A DNA stretch of 20,000 bases from positions 1,279,366 through 1,299,365 of the forward strand of contig WELB01000002.1 of NCBI GenBank assembly GCA_009602725.1, read 5' to 3'. This DNA is from Spirogloea muscicola (taxonomy: Eukaryota). The notes beneath the pieces were generated by a model that did not search any database, was not told the DNA's origin, and worked only from the letters and a program-made list of their open reading frames with translations. The first letter of the stretch is position 1; every line of letters starts with the position of its first letter. Below, piece by piece: positions 1 to 10,391 of this stretch. Position numbers and translations under genes: made by a program.

Positions 1-212
1 GGTTGTGCAAGATTGTGGTCTGGCTGCCTGCCGAAGGCAGTTGTTCTTCTGGATTTGCACTCATTGCAGCCAGGGCGGTGAAGATGCTAAGTGACTGCAT
101 TCCTCTTGTGCACAAGCACAAGGCAAGCAAGGCCGGAAGGAGTGGTTGGTCCACTGCAGAGCTGTTGATGCGGAGAAGATGATATTACTCAATGTGGGCT
201 CCTTGACTCCAG

Positions 213-1551
213 GCTTTGGGGACAAGTCCCCTGAAGCCAAAGCAGCGGACTCGCTGCACAACTTCTTCACTTTTCTCGCCGTGAAGATCGTGCTAGCCCA
301 ACTGCAGGTACAGCCACTGTTTCCATTTGCATGGTGGCCTGCTACTAGCCTTAATTGATGGTATAAGTCTGGAAATATTATGCCTATCAGTGCTACTGCA
401 AGATTATCAAGATGCTCTTCTGTGATGACATGCTCAGAAGCTCCTCAATACTTCCATCGTCAGCTGATGGATAAGCTTGTGAGCTTCACAGAGCTATAAC
501 CCGGAGGGTTATAAGGATCTCATGACGTTCGTGGACAAAATTCCTCTCAAGGACGGAGATGTGTTTTGCTCCACTCTTCTCAAGGAGCATCCCCGCCTAG
601 GTATACCTGTGCCATCAAATGCAGCATCTTTGCAGAACGTAGAAGATCTTAACAAGATTTCTGCCTGTTGCTGAGCCAATGTTGCAATCAGGCATGGTGT
701 GCTCTCTCAGTTACAGGAAGTCAACTCCAGCTTGAGATGGCTTCTGGTGCCCATGCCTGGTCATCTAGATGGTTTTGCAGCTATTGGCCTACTAGACCAT
801 ACAGTACTCAATACCAACTCTGAGAACATGCACCCATCCTCAAAGTCTGTTCTCTTCCCAATTTGTTTTGCATAATCTGTGCTGTCTCTGTGGGCAACGA
901 TGTCACGGGCCTCTAGCTGTGCGAATCCTGGAGGTGGGTCGCTCTTATGCAGAACAATGTGTGCACTTGCAGGATGTGCTCACATGAAGTTGTATACGAG
1001 AATAAGTCTCAGCCTTTAATAACCACCTTTAGTATGTAGCATTGACCCTGGACACTTAGCTGGCAAATCTGGTGTCTGCAGGTGAGAGCTGCATATGTTA
1101 AGGAGGATTTCGAGTGGGATAACCTGAAGAAGTTGTCTCTGAAGGTGAGCTTGCAGTCAGAGAATGTTCTTGGCATCTGGAAAGCCCGTGCATCGCAAGC
1201 TGGAAGATAGCTGTTTCTGCAAAATGAAGCGGACTTATTAAAATGGGAGCCCCGAGCTCTTTGTGGAGATGCTTGCAAAGGAGCAGGTCATTGCCATCTT
1301 GCAATATCGTGGTTTGCTCTCTGACAATGGACAAGCTTATGTACTAGACTGTCAACTGCATGTTCTCTGCAGCAGTATCACCAAGTTTCCTTGTCATTTA
1401 GTGACATATCCTGCTGGTTCTTAACTCCCTCCTGCAATTTGCCCAGCGCACTGGGGAAGCCAACACGCGCATCATGCGGGAGTTTTTGGAGGTTTCTGGT
1501 AGCATTCAGCCTTCGACAACATGCGTTGATGATGATTGTAGTGTCTCTTGA
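213..1551 (+). CDS. RBCX: RbcX Rubisco assembly chaperone (class II, AtRbcX1-like), 5'-partial
   Basis: Exons 213-307, 492-600, 917-933, 1082-1144, 1447-1551 with GT-AG introns and consistent phase give GFGDKSPEAKAADSLHNFFTFLAVKIVLAQLQ|SYNPEGYKDLMTFVDKIPLKDGDVFCSTLLKEHPRL|AVRILE|VRAAYVKEDFEWDNLKKLSLK|RTGEANTRIMREFLEVSGSIQPSTTCVDDDCSVS*. This matches plant RbcX motifs (GFG..SPEAKAA, FT..AV.IV.AQL, RILEVR.AY, DFEWDN, NTR.MRE). Start codon and transit peptide are probably upstream of the window. Confidence 0.93.
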
Positions 1552-2474
1552 CAAAGGCAGCTTCTTATGTGTTGAAGTCGTGCTGTGGAGTGGACATGAG
1601 TATAAGCATAGCAGCCATACCTCTGCAAATTGCAGGCGCATTCATGGAACCATCTAATGGTACCATCAGAGGTATTCTTGTCATTTGGCTGTAGCTCGTC
1701 CTCTAATGACCTTGCAGATAGGCCTGCCAGCAACTTGTTGTGCATCGTCATCATATCCCAAAACTTTCAAATCGCCGTGAGGGTGCAGTAAAACACAACA
1801 AAGTGGCTGCAGAAGGGCTGTGTCCAAGAGAGAACAGATGTGCACATTAGAAGCTCATCAGAATACAGAACACAGGTACAACAGCGTTGCTCACTGGAGA
1901 GTGCCTGGACACAAGAACAAAAACAAAAACTAAGAGTACTTGGTAACAAGGGCTCATGCAAAGTGCGGAAGTTGTCGGACTTGCAGTCGTGGTTGTGCAT
2001 ATGAGCAGCTAAGATCACTGGCGAAATCATGGTGCGAGGACAGTGTCTCCTCCATGACACGCTCATTTACAAGAGCCAGCCACTTGTGCTGCTCGCGAAT
2101 GTGTAGAGATGTGCCTAGCACAATTGAAGTTAACGAGATCACCCACTAAGCAGTGGCGCCGGCCACACCACCCTCATCTCAAACAATTGGAGGGTCAATA
2201 AAAAGACATTCTGACACAAGGTACTTGCTAGCAAGCCAAGCTGCGGTCGCGGGCAACTGCTTTGTGTCAAGTGGCAGCTTTTCTGTACACAACCAATCCA
2301 TTTGTCAGGCTTTACAGAGCTCCTCCACTCAGCAGGTACCCATGGTATGCCTGGTGAGTCATTTTCAGTACTGTTGCCAATCTAAACAATTACACCAGGC
2401 TCTTGGGAGGGAGGCCAAGCTCCTGCCTGTCCTTGGTTGTCCTGGTGGAAGTTGGAGAGGGAGCAAATTTTGGC

Positions 2475-5410
2475 TCAAATGCGAGAGGCGAGTTTGCGAA
2501 TGCTCGCTATGCCTGCCAGCACCACCTTTGCACGCTCCTCCACCTTACACTGGAACAGGATGCTGCACAACAAGTAACCAGCAGCTGGTCAGGCTCCCCT
2601 TCACATCCCAAACAGAATGACAGTCCCCAGCTGACTAATTTGATCAACATAAGATCATTGCTACTTTAGCTGCATTGCTGAGGCCTCTGGGAAAAACCTG
2701 GAGGGGCCCTGAGGCCACATTTCTGTGACAATGGTCTCGCCAGGGAAGACGTGGAGCAGAAAGCGGCCTTGCATCCTCCAAAGCAGCGATGGCTCTCCAC
2801 TGCAGTAGCAGTGAATGACTGCACGGGCCGCGAAGCCAAAGGTGCACAGGCCATGCAGGATTGGCATGTCGAAGCTGCAAACAGGAGCCACGCAGTCCTA
2901 ATTCATTTCCGAGCAGCCCACAAATCTTCCCACTCTGGGAAAGTCAAGATGTCAACAACCAGAGGTGCTCAACAGCTCATTGTCATAGGAGAGCATGTAC
3001 TGGGGCTTTGCATTCATACCCTGCAGCTTTGGCGAAATCTGGGTCAGCATGGAGTGGATTGTAGTCGCCACCTAGGCGGTAAAGCAAGGCCTGTAGGAAG
3101 CCATAGGTGCAGCGGTTGAGGTACTTGTAGATATATATGATAAAGTTTATATGTATAGACATGTATATATACTTCATCATCAAGTATCTGCTGCTTAGTG
3201 AGGGAGTGCACTACGATTTGGGACACAATGTGTAGGAAAGCGCATCAAAGGAAGCTAAATGCAAATCAACAAGGAGACGTAGCCTCGCACTATCTTCCAC
3301 ACCAGCGAGAGAAATGAAAGGGGGTCACAGTCTTTTGTGCAGAATTTGCAGGAAAATGCAGAGAGCAAGAGTGAAGGTGAGCAAAGTCAGTCAAAGAGGA
3401 GTAATGGCTGCACCTGTGTCACTTGCGTTGGGCTCACATGAACCATGTTGGGGGGCACCCCAGCCGGCACTTTGAAGCTGGCTTGTGCTCTGCCTTTTCC
3501 AAGAGAATTCTCAGGGATGTCGGCACAGATTCCCTTGTCGTCAAAACCGCCGGCGCCTCTCAGGAAGCATAGCGATCTTCAAGCACCCAAGAAGCTATTG
3601 CATGAGTTACAAGATGTTGCATCTCAAACGATCGGCCACCAACTTGGAGAAAGAGCTCATCCTTAGCGAGATGCAGTGGGAGTGAGCATATTCTAGTGAG
3701 ATGCAGCGGTCAAGCTATGATCACAGATGAGTCTCACCTATTGACACATAGCTTCTCTTCGTCACTCTCATCATAAGTGAGTGTCTCCACCTCAATAAGC
3801 GCTGCTTTACCTGCACCACTCAATTTTCACATGAGATAGTATGCACACCTCAACAAACAATAGAAATGCTGACAAGCAAAAACCTCATGCGCAGGTGGCA
3901 CAGCGTGGAGTTCCACAGACTGCTCACTTAGCTAGCTAGCTAAGGCAGGAAAGACTACCCCATGGACGGTCAGGACAAGTACTGTCGCTCCCAGCAGTAC
4001 TGCTGACCTTTGTCGGCAATGCCTACAATAGAGCTCTGGTTCCTGATCTGGGACGCATTTGACAGAGGAGGTTAACTATATCAGGATCAAACAGACACGC
4101 AAGAGCCCCTTGGTGTCTTGGTGGCTCACCCTGCCTGACAGCAAGCATTGCCAACAGACTATAGGAGACCAGCAAATGATGAATGATATCAGGGCAGCCT
4201 GAGATGATATGAGCAGGGGGTGTTACTACCTTGGCCTGTGATGGCAGGGGCTTGAAGATCTCAATGCTCTGCTCTGCATGAAGAAGCAGGCTGGGGTCGA
4301 ACCTGGATGACAAGGAGGTCAACAGAGCCACATGAACACCTCTGGATTATGGCTCACACACAAGGTAACTCCAGATGTCAAACAATGGAACCGGTTGCAT
4401 GACGTCCATTTAATTCTTGAACAACCTCGCGTTGCCTAGACACCTACGACTTTCCTACCACGACTGAGTAGAGCTACACACCACCTATCATAAATAAATC
4501 CTTGAAGCTCTAATTCACAAGAACACAGAGACAACATCCAACTGCCTGAGCAATGCTGTTCAAGATTGATTCACGTACTGCAAGGATGGAACAGACGAGA
4601 TCTGTTGGATGATGCTCGAGGGAAAGAGCACACCGAAGGTTGGCAAGACCTGCAGCAAGAGGAAGTTGAGTGAGGCAAGGCCGTTGACATATCACTTCGA
4701 CTTGCAAAGCACTAGGTGAAGTTGCCAAGGTAGGTGGATGTCATCCCACGCCACCTGTCTTGGAAGCCTAGTAGGGGCCAACCTTGTCCAATCTCCTCGG
4801 ATGGTACACCAGGGGGAGCTCCAGCGGGTCCTGCTGATCAGTCGCACACGCTCCCACAGAGAGCGCATACAAGATCACGTCCCTGCCAAGGTGCCGGTCG
4901 CTCTCATCAGCGGGCGCCAACGACACCGAGCCACCAACGTCCACCGTCACATGCTCGCCGGCGACGCTGCCAAGGCCATCAACGATTGAATGCCTAGACG
5001 CCAAACAAGCAAATGTTGCCTCTACAGCGTCCAAGCCCCCTGGCAAGGAGCTGCTCAACTCCGCCATCAGCGGAAGACACGAATCTGCTCCGTCCCAGCG
5101 GCTGCGCAGGCTTGCCGAGACCGCAACACCACTAGTCTGGTCGCCGCATGCTGACGGACTCAAACAGCGGCTTCATGTGGCACGCACCTCTCCGTGTACT
5201 CGCTCTGTGTCTGCACCAGAGCAGCGCACCGCCGGGCAAGGGCCATCAGCCGTGAATCATGGAAGGCCAGGAAAAGCTTCCAATCGCCGACCGCGGGGTG
5301 CGCTGCGAGGCAGTCAGCGGCAAAGTGGCCGCGCCGCGCGGCGGCTGCGCGAGCCTCACCTCCTCAAAGCGGTGGCCCAGCACCGCCGCGGCACTCGTGA
5401 TGGCGGCCAT
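2475..5410 (-). CDS. ECH2: Peroxisomal enoyl-CoA hydratase 2 (MaoC/hot-dog fold, R-specific)
   Basis: Exons (-) 5410-5360, 5210-5188, 4882-4783, 4649-4579, 4302-4230, 4047-4008, 3810-3738, 3576-3414, 3090-3020, 2874-2698, 2562-2475 total 930 nt (309 aa), all GT-AG with consistent phase. Motifs: [44 protein letters not shown], hydratase-2 motif [32 protein letters not shown]-terminal SRI is a PTS1. Confidence 0.95.
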
Positions 5411-5760
5411 GATCCCTGCGGCTGGCGCGGCCGCGGCGGCTCGGCTGCCGCAGCTGCCGCTCCGGCGGGGGGGCCTGCGCGGTGGCGAGCGCCCCCGGCA
5501 CTCGCAGGGGCCCCGCTTCGCGACACGAATCCTCTGTCACTGCCGCCGCCGCCACCGCTCACACCGCCGCCGGCCGCCTTCGCTATCGCCCACGCCGCCG
5601 TCGCCGCCTTTGCCTCCGCCGCCGCTGCCGCCGCCGCCGCCAAAAAGGNGCCGGGCCTGCCGCGGCGGGGGCACGCCGCCGCCGCCTTGCCGGAGGCGCC
5701 GCGGCGGGCGCGGGTGTCGTCGGCCTCAGCGGCTCCTGCTGGGAGCCAGGCCCCCCCCTA
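5290..5760. promoter_or_regulatory. GC/CpG-rich island with GCC repeats over the ECH2 5' end and promoter
   Basis: Abrupt rise in GC and CG dinucleotides spanning ECH2 exon 1 and upstream DNA, compared with CG-poor internal introns. Judged by eye. Confidence 0.6.
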
Positions 5761-6533
5761 ACGACAACTCCCTCACCGTTTTATGGGCAGCAGACGATAA
5801 TTCTTAGTGGGGGCAGTGATGGCAAACTCGGGGGACCGACTCATCGATTCCAAGGCGGCGCTCAAGCAAGCCCATGTGTCGAGGCCGCAGCCTGTGCTGC
5901 CATCCACTGAATGTTGGTCATGTCGGCCTGCCTTCCTTGGCAGCTATATGGACGTGGCGCGCTGTCGTTCACAGCCACTGCTTCCTTGTGGAGCCCTCTT
6001 CTCCTGCCACAATTTGCTTCCTTTGTCAACCGCTCCTGCCAGGTGCGGTGGTCCTCCATTACGCACCTCAATGCACTTGCTTTCTCTGTGCCTCGCATCA
6101 ATGACCCTACTGCAGGGGGTTGCTTCCAACGTTTGTCAAATCGCTATGCTGCAAAGTGGTGGCATGTTGATTATCTCACTGATGTACTTCTCACACTTCC
6201 CCTTCGATGCCCCTTACAAGCATGTGTGTTGGCTTGAGTGACACCCAAAGCTTCTCCTTATGTCCCTCACATCGCCTAAACTCCGCCCTCTCACTTGCCA
6301 AAGGTGCAGCTCCGCCTTTTCACCACTGCCACTTGTCACGGATGCTGTAGTGACGTATCTGCAATCAATTGGTAGGAACTGTGCTCTGTTCTGGTAACCG
6401 TGGTGCACCGACATCGGGTGCTCCATATATCATAGCGTTCGCAATCTTAATGTGCAATTGTCCTGCTTCAAGCGCTGCTTGCAGCTGTACATGGAATTAG
6501 TCAAAAAGGGATTGACAGCCCAGCCGTGTCTCT

Positions 6534-7856
6534 TCAGCCAGGACCGGAGGCGTCGTAGGGCCCTGAGCGGGGCATGTATGTGTCATGGCCCGTCACATTT
6601 TTCTCCTTGTGGAATGTCCCCGTAAGCATGCACTGGCCGAGAATGTGGCCCTCCATCTCCTCTTCCAGCTTCTCCTTGGTTGCCTGCTTAACCCGGCAAG
6701 ACAACTTCCCATGAGAAAGGTGATGCACATTGGCGCCGCAGAGCAAATGGACGATGCCCACAGTCGCTTCCACAACTGAAGCTGCTATAGCTAGACCCTG
6801 AGCTTCAAGCAAGCTCGCAGCCCGGGGGCAGAAGGGAAGCAGGACGAGAGGTGTACATGCGTCCTGCGATGGACAGCCCCATGACTGCCGCATTGGCATG
6901 CGAGCAAAGGAGCTCGAGCAGCCGAGCATGCGTGGCACGCGCATAAATATCAGCCGCGCGATGGGTCAGGCGGACCTTCTTGCCGAGGCCTCGTATGGTG
7001 GTGTCGAGCGCGTAGAGGCGGAACTCGTAGTGGTGCACGCCCTTGGGCGGGCTGGGACCACGGTACCCTGGCACCTTAAAGTCGTTGTATCCTTCTTGCA
7101 GCTCGCCATACTGCTCGTCGCCCTCAACGTCCTTGCTACTGAACCCCGCAGGCAAGCCTGGCAAGGCCATGGCAGCCACACTGGATGTCAGTTTCAAGGG
7201 CGGCATCGGCAATGTGGACGAGCTTTGGCTTTGGGTGCTCCCTCCTCCCCTAGGCCAAGTGGGAGCGAGCAGCGGGCGTGTCAGAGACCTCTGAGCAACA
7301 CACCACCATGTCATCGATATCAATTGAGTTTGTGGGCTCGCGGCTGCTGACAGGGCACCAGGGCTGACCTTTCAACGTTGCTGGGATATTGAAGATCACC
7401 CTGCGGTGCATGGCAGAACGGCAGAGATGAGCTGCTCGGTGCCCAGCACCACTGGCGGCTGCGCCCAATGCAGCTCGGATGGCATGGCACTCTGAGGTAC
7501 AAGAGCCTAAGGTATTGTATTGGTTGAGAGCATAGTCTTTGCCGAAAGGGACTAGAAGTGACGACTCCACGGCGTCGAGGACTCCCGCCAGCAAGCAACG
7601 GCTGCGGTGGAGCAGGACTAGTGGCCGAGGCGCACCAGTGGGTCCAGGGCACGATGGGGGCCTCGGGGTCGGGCGCGTCGGGGTCGTCGACGACCATCGC
7701 GAGCGTCTCGGTGCCCTCGGGGACGTTGTGCCAGGCGAGCGGCGGCGAGAGGTCGTGCTGGTGCGGCGGCCCGTCGCCCGTGTGCTTGCGCGGGATGTGG
7801 CCGCCCTCGCCGAACGCGGAGCAGGTGAGGTAGAACTCGGCCTCCTCCTCCGCCAT
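6534..7856 (-). CDS. YbhB/YbcL-family PEBP (Raf kinase inhibitor-like) protein
   Basis: Exons (-) 7856-7636, 7400-7369, 7157-6976, 6683-6534 total 585 nt (194 aa). Motifs: SAF..GG.IPRKHTGDG, DLSPPLAW.NVPEGT, VVDDPDAP, WTHWVIFNIP, EGYNDF..PGYRGP.PP.G.HHYEFRLYALD, MEGHILG. Confidence 0.93.
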
Positions 7857-8009
7857 CGCGACGACGCCGCGGCTGCGGCAAGCTCCTTCACTGACTGCAC
7901 ACTGGCACACCCCTCAAGAGAGGAGGAGCTTCGCAGCGCCCGCCGCAGAGAGGCCCGCGGGGGGCAGCCCGGAGGAGTTTTAGCGACGCGGCGCAGCGGC
8001 GGCTGGCGA

Positions 8010-9170
8010 CACTGCAGGCTCTATGACGACCTCACACGGTCCTTTCTTGCTGCCCCTCCGGACCTTGTCTACTGCTTTTCGGGCTGGCTTTCCAGGTGGT
8101 ATCCTCAATGGGCGAGCATTTCTTCTCTTTCCACAGCCCTCGCCCCTTCTGTCGGAAGAGCTCACCTTTCTTTCTGCGGCTCTTCATTGGGAGTGACGGA
8201 GGGAGGGCAAGCACTACACCCCCACTAGGGGTCATTGAGCACCCAGTGGCCACTTGGGTCGCTATGTGCTTTGGCGCTTTGCTGGCCCCTTTCGAACTTT
8301 GTTCATTCTTTTTTATCGGTGGTCATCGCCCTCTACTGGAAGCGAGGCGATACTCTCTTCATTTCACATTTCGGCCTGAGCGTCTTCCCTTCTTCCTCCC
8401 TCCGTCGCCGTGGTTCCTCCCGGGCCCCCCTCCCCCGCCACGTCAGCAGGTCGCCTCGTCAGCAGCCAGGCTGAGGCGCCCTCCGAGGTCGCCACGTGCC
8501 CGCCCTCCCTTCCCCCCTTCTCTCTTTTGGGCTGGCCTCTCAAAGCCATTGCCTTTCATTGGGCGACGTCTTTCCGCAGGCTAGCTATTCAGACCTGCAT
8601 CTCTTGACGAGAGGTTACTGAGAGTCTCGTTGCTGATGTCTTAGTCCTTAGCACTCCGGCTTCTTCAAAGCTTGTCCATTCCTTTGGGCTGGCCTCTCCT
8701 GGCCGCGCGTGCTTTTTCTTTGGAAAACTGTGTGACCGCTCGTCATACCACGCGCCAGCCTCCAGGCAGACGCTTCTTGTTGGTGTACGCGCAGCCTACG
8801 AACATCATCCCACCCCACAGCAGCCCGTTACGAGTGGTCTGCATGATTGTCGGATTTGCGATGTGCCCCTTGTTGGTTTGTCGGGCTGCAGCAACAACGT
8901 GGAGCACTCCCTTATTCGGGGTTACCCGCTGGTTGTCACCCCCATTATACATTATATCCTATGAATTTGCATCCACTACGCTTCGTCCAGGCTCAATCAT
9001 AGCTCCATATTTCACTCTTGCCATTCTCATTCATGCTGCTCGCATGTTGTCCCGCCTCCTCTCCCCGTCCTCGATGTCCTCTCCTGTCTCAATCAGCAAG
9101 CCTGCTACATTCGTTGAAGTCTTATCCCTCTGCCACCAACTTCCTCCCCTGCTCCTCGCTGTTTAAATCT
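8010..9170 (+). mobile_element. Possible decayed non-LTR retrotransposon (LINE ORF2 3' region) relic
   Basis: Pyrimidine-rich intergenic tract with no splicing-consistent gene. Frameshifted translation near 8680-8960 gives LWAGLSWPRVLFLWK / ...HDCRICDVPLVGLSGCSNNVEHSL, loosely like the zf-RVT region. It contains the dispersed repeat. No RT core, poly(A) tail or clear ends seen. Confidence 0.3.
8297..8342 (+). repeat. Dispersed repeat, copy 1 (partner at 16771-16826)
   Basis: CTTTGTTCATTC (8297-8308) followed by CATCGCCCTCTACTGGAAG (8324-8342); both words recur exactly, in the same order, at 16771-16782 and 16808-16826. Confidence 0.8.
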
Positions 9171-10025
9171 TCCTCAATTAAGTAGCCCATGCAAGCGGGA
9201 CAACCCACAACTTGGGCATATTCCCATCCTCAATACTCCTGCATAGGTACTTTCCAGAGAACTGCCGGGCTTCTGGCCACCATGTTTTGGGGATTCTTTT
9301 GTAATCTACTTCTCTGTCAGCAGTAGCGGAGGCCCCAGTAGCTGTCCTACTGAGCTCTCTTTTTGTTCAGACATGATTTGATACAAGCCAGTTGCAAGCA
9401 CACACCCAGCATACAGAAATGCACATACTAAGATGCCAATAACACAGTGACAGCAAAGTATCCGCCCCTTTGAACCAACTGGACAGTGATGCACTTGGAA
9501 GCGGTGACGCGCCACCACTGCTCACATCTAAGACTGCCTTTAAATTTAAGATAAGTATCATCGCAAGCTTTGCTAGCGACCTACTTGCCCCTTAGCAGCA
9601 GCATGAATGCAGGCGTCTTTCTTTCCAGGATGTTGTCTAGCTATTGATGTCAACCTTAGCAATCACACCAACCTGAGCTGTATTCATTAAAGCTTGATCT
9701 TTGGTTTACTTGGGAGCAAACAAGCAAAGTGCATGCAAGTGCATCATAGGCTTCATCGCCTTCACCACAAGAGCATGCATTTCTTAGGCCCGTACATCAA
9801 CAAGTGGCACAGATGTTGGTCCTTCCCTGTCAACTAAGAGGGGCAGACAGATAACTATGTCTGCAAGCTCTACTGCAGAATTGTGCTGCACTACCTAAAA
9901 GAGCAGCCTGCACAAGCATCTGTGCTAAGAGGGTGCACCAAGGTCAAATATATGAGGGTCCTGTGTGATGATGACTCTTGGACCACGCACAGCCCAAACC
10001 AGGATGCCAACTTGAGGGTATCGGA

Positions 10026-10076
10026 ACGACGACCACGACGACGACCACGACGACGACCACGACGACGTGACGACGA
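10026..10076. repeat. 12-bp tandem repeat (ACGACGACGACC), about 3.5 units, on an ACG microsatellite base
   Basis: acgacgacc acgacgacgacc acgacgacgacc acgacgacg tgacgacga read directly. Confidence 0.9.
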
Positions 10077-10391
10077 TACAACTCTCTGAACAGCCCTGCC
10101 TACCCAAGCAGGGCAAGAGCATTCTCACTGGAGAAGGACACAACAATGACCACAGCAGTCCTCTAGGTCAGAAGCATGACAGTGTAGACCGTCAAACAAG
10201 ACTCAGTATTGACACACATCAAACCAACACCGCCCCCTGTCCTCCTAACATGTAGCTACGCAGACTGATCTTGACCATGCACCTCACATGTCACCTTGAC
10301 GGCTGGAAACAGCAATGCAGAGGTAGCAGCAGGTAAGCAAGATTGACCTAACCACTTTGACAGGACAGAAGTCAACCTGCATACCTTTGTG

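Noticed and set aside
4288..4306. CCAGGTTCGACCCC on the - strand resembling a tRNA T-arm / B box
   Set aside because: It is the ECH2 acceptor plus the FDP codons; no cloverleaf.
5177..5910. Overlapping Ala/Pro/Arg-rich ORFs of 140-190 aa (similar ones at 12567-13327 and 7539-8228)
   Set aside because: Stop-poor GC islands and GCC repeats, or antisense shadows of real exons; no recognisable domains.
8672..9166. 164-aa hydrophobic ORF
   Set aside because: Non-ATG start, no family motif, lies in pyrimidine-rich probable relic DNA.
9300..9320. ACAGAGAAG on the - strand resembling the U6 ACAGAGA box
   Set aside because: Flanks do not match U6 (no GATTAGCATGG downstream).
10026..10076. Tandem repeat as a CRISPR-like array
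   Set aside because: Contiguous 12-bp units with no unique spacers, in eukaryotic context.
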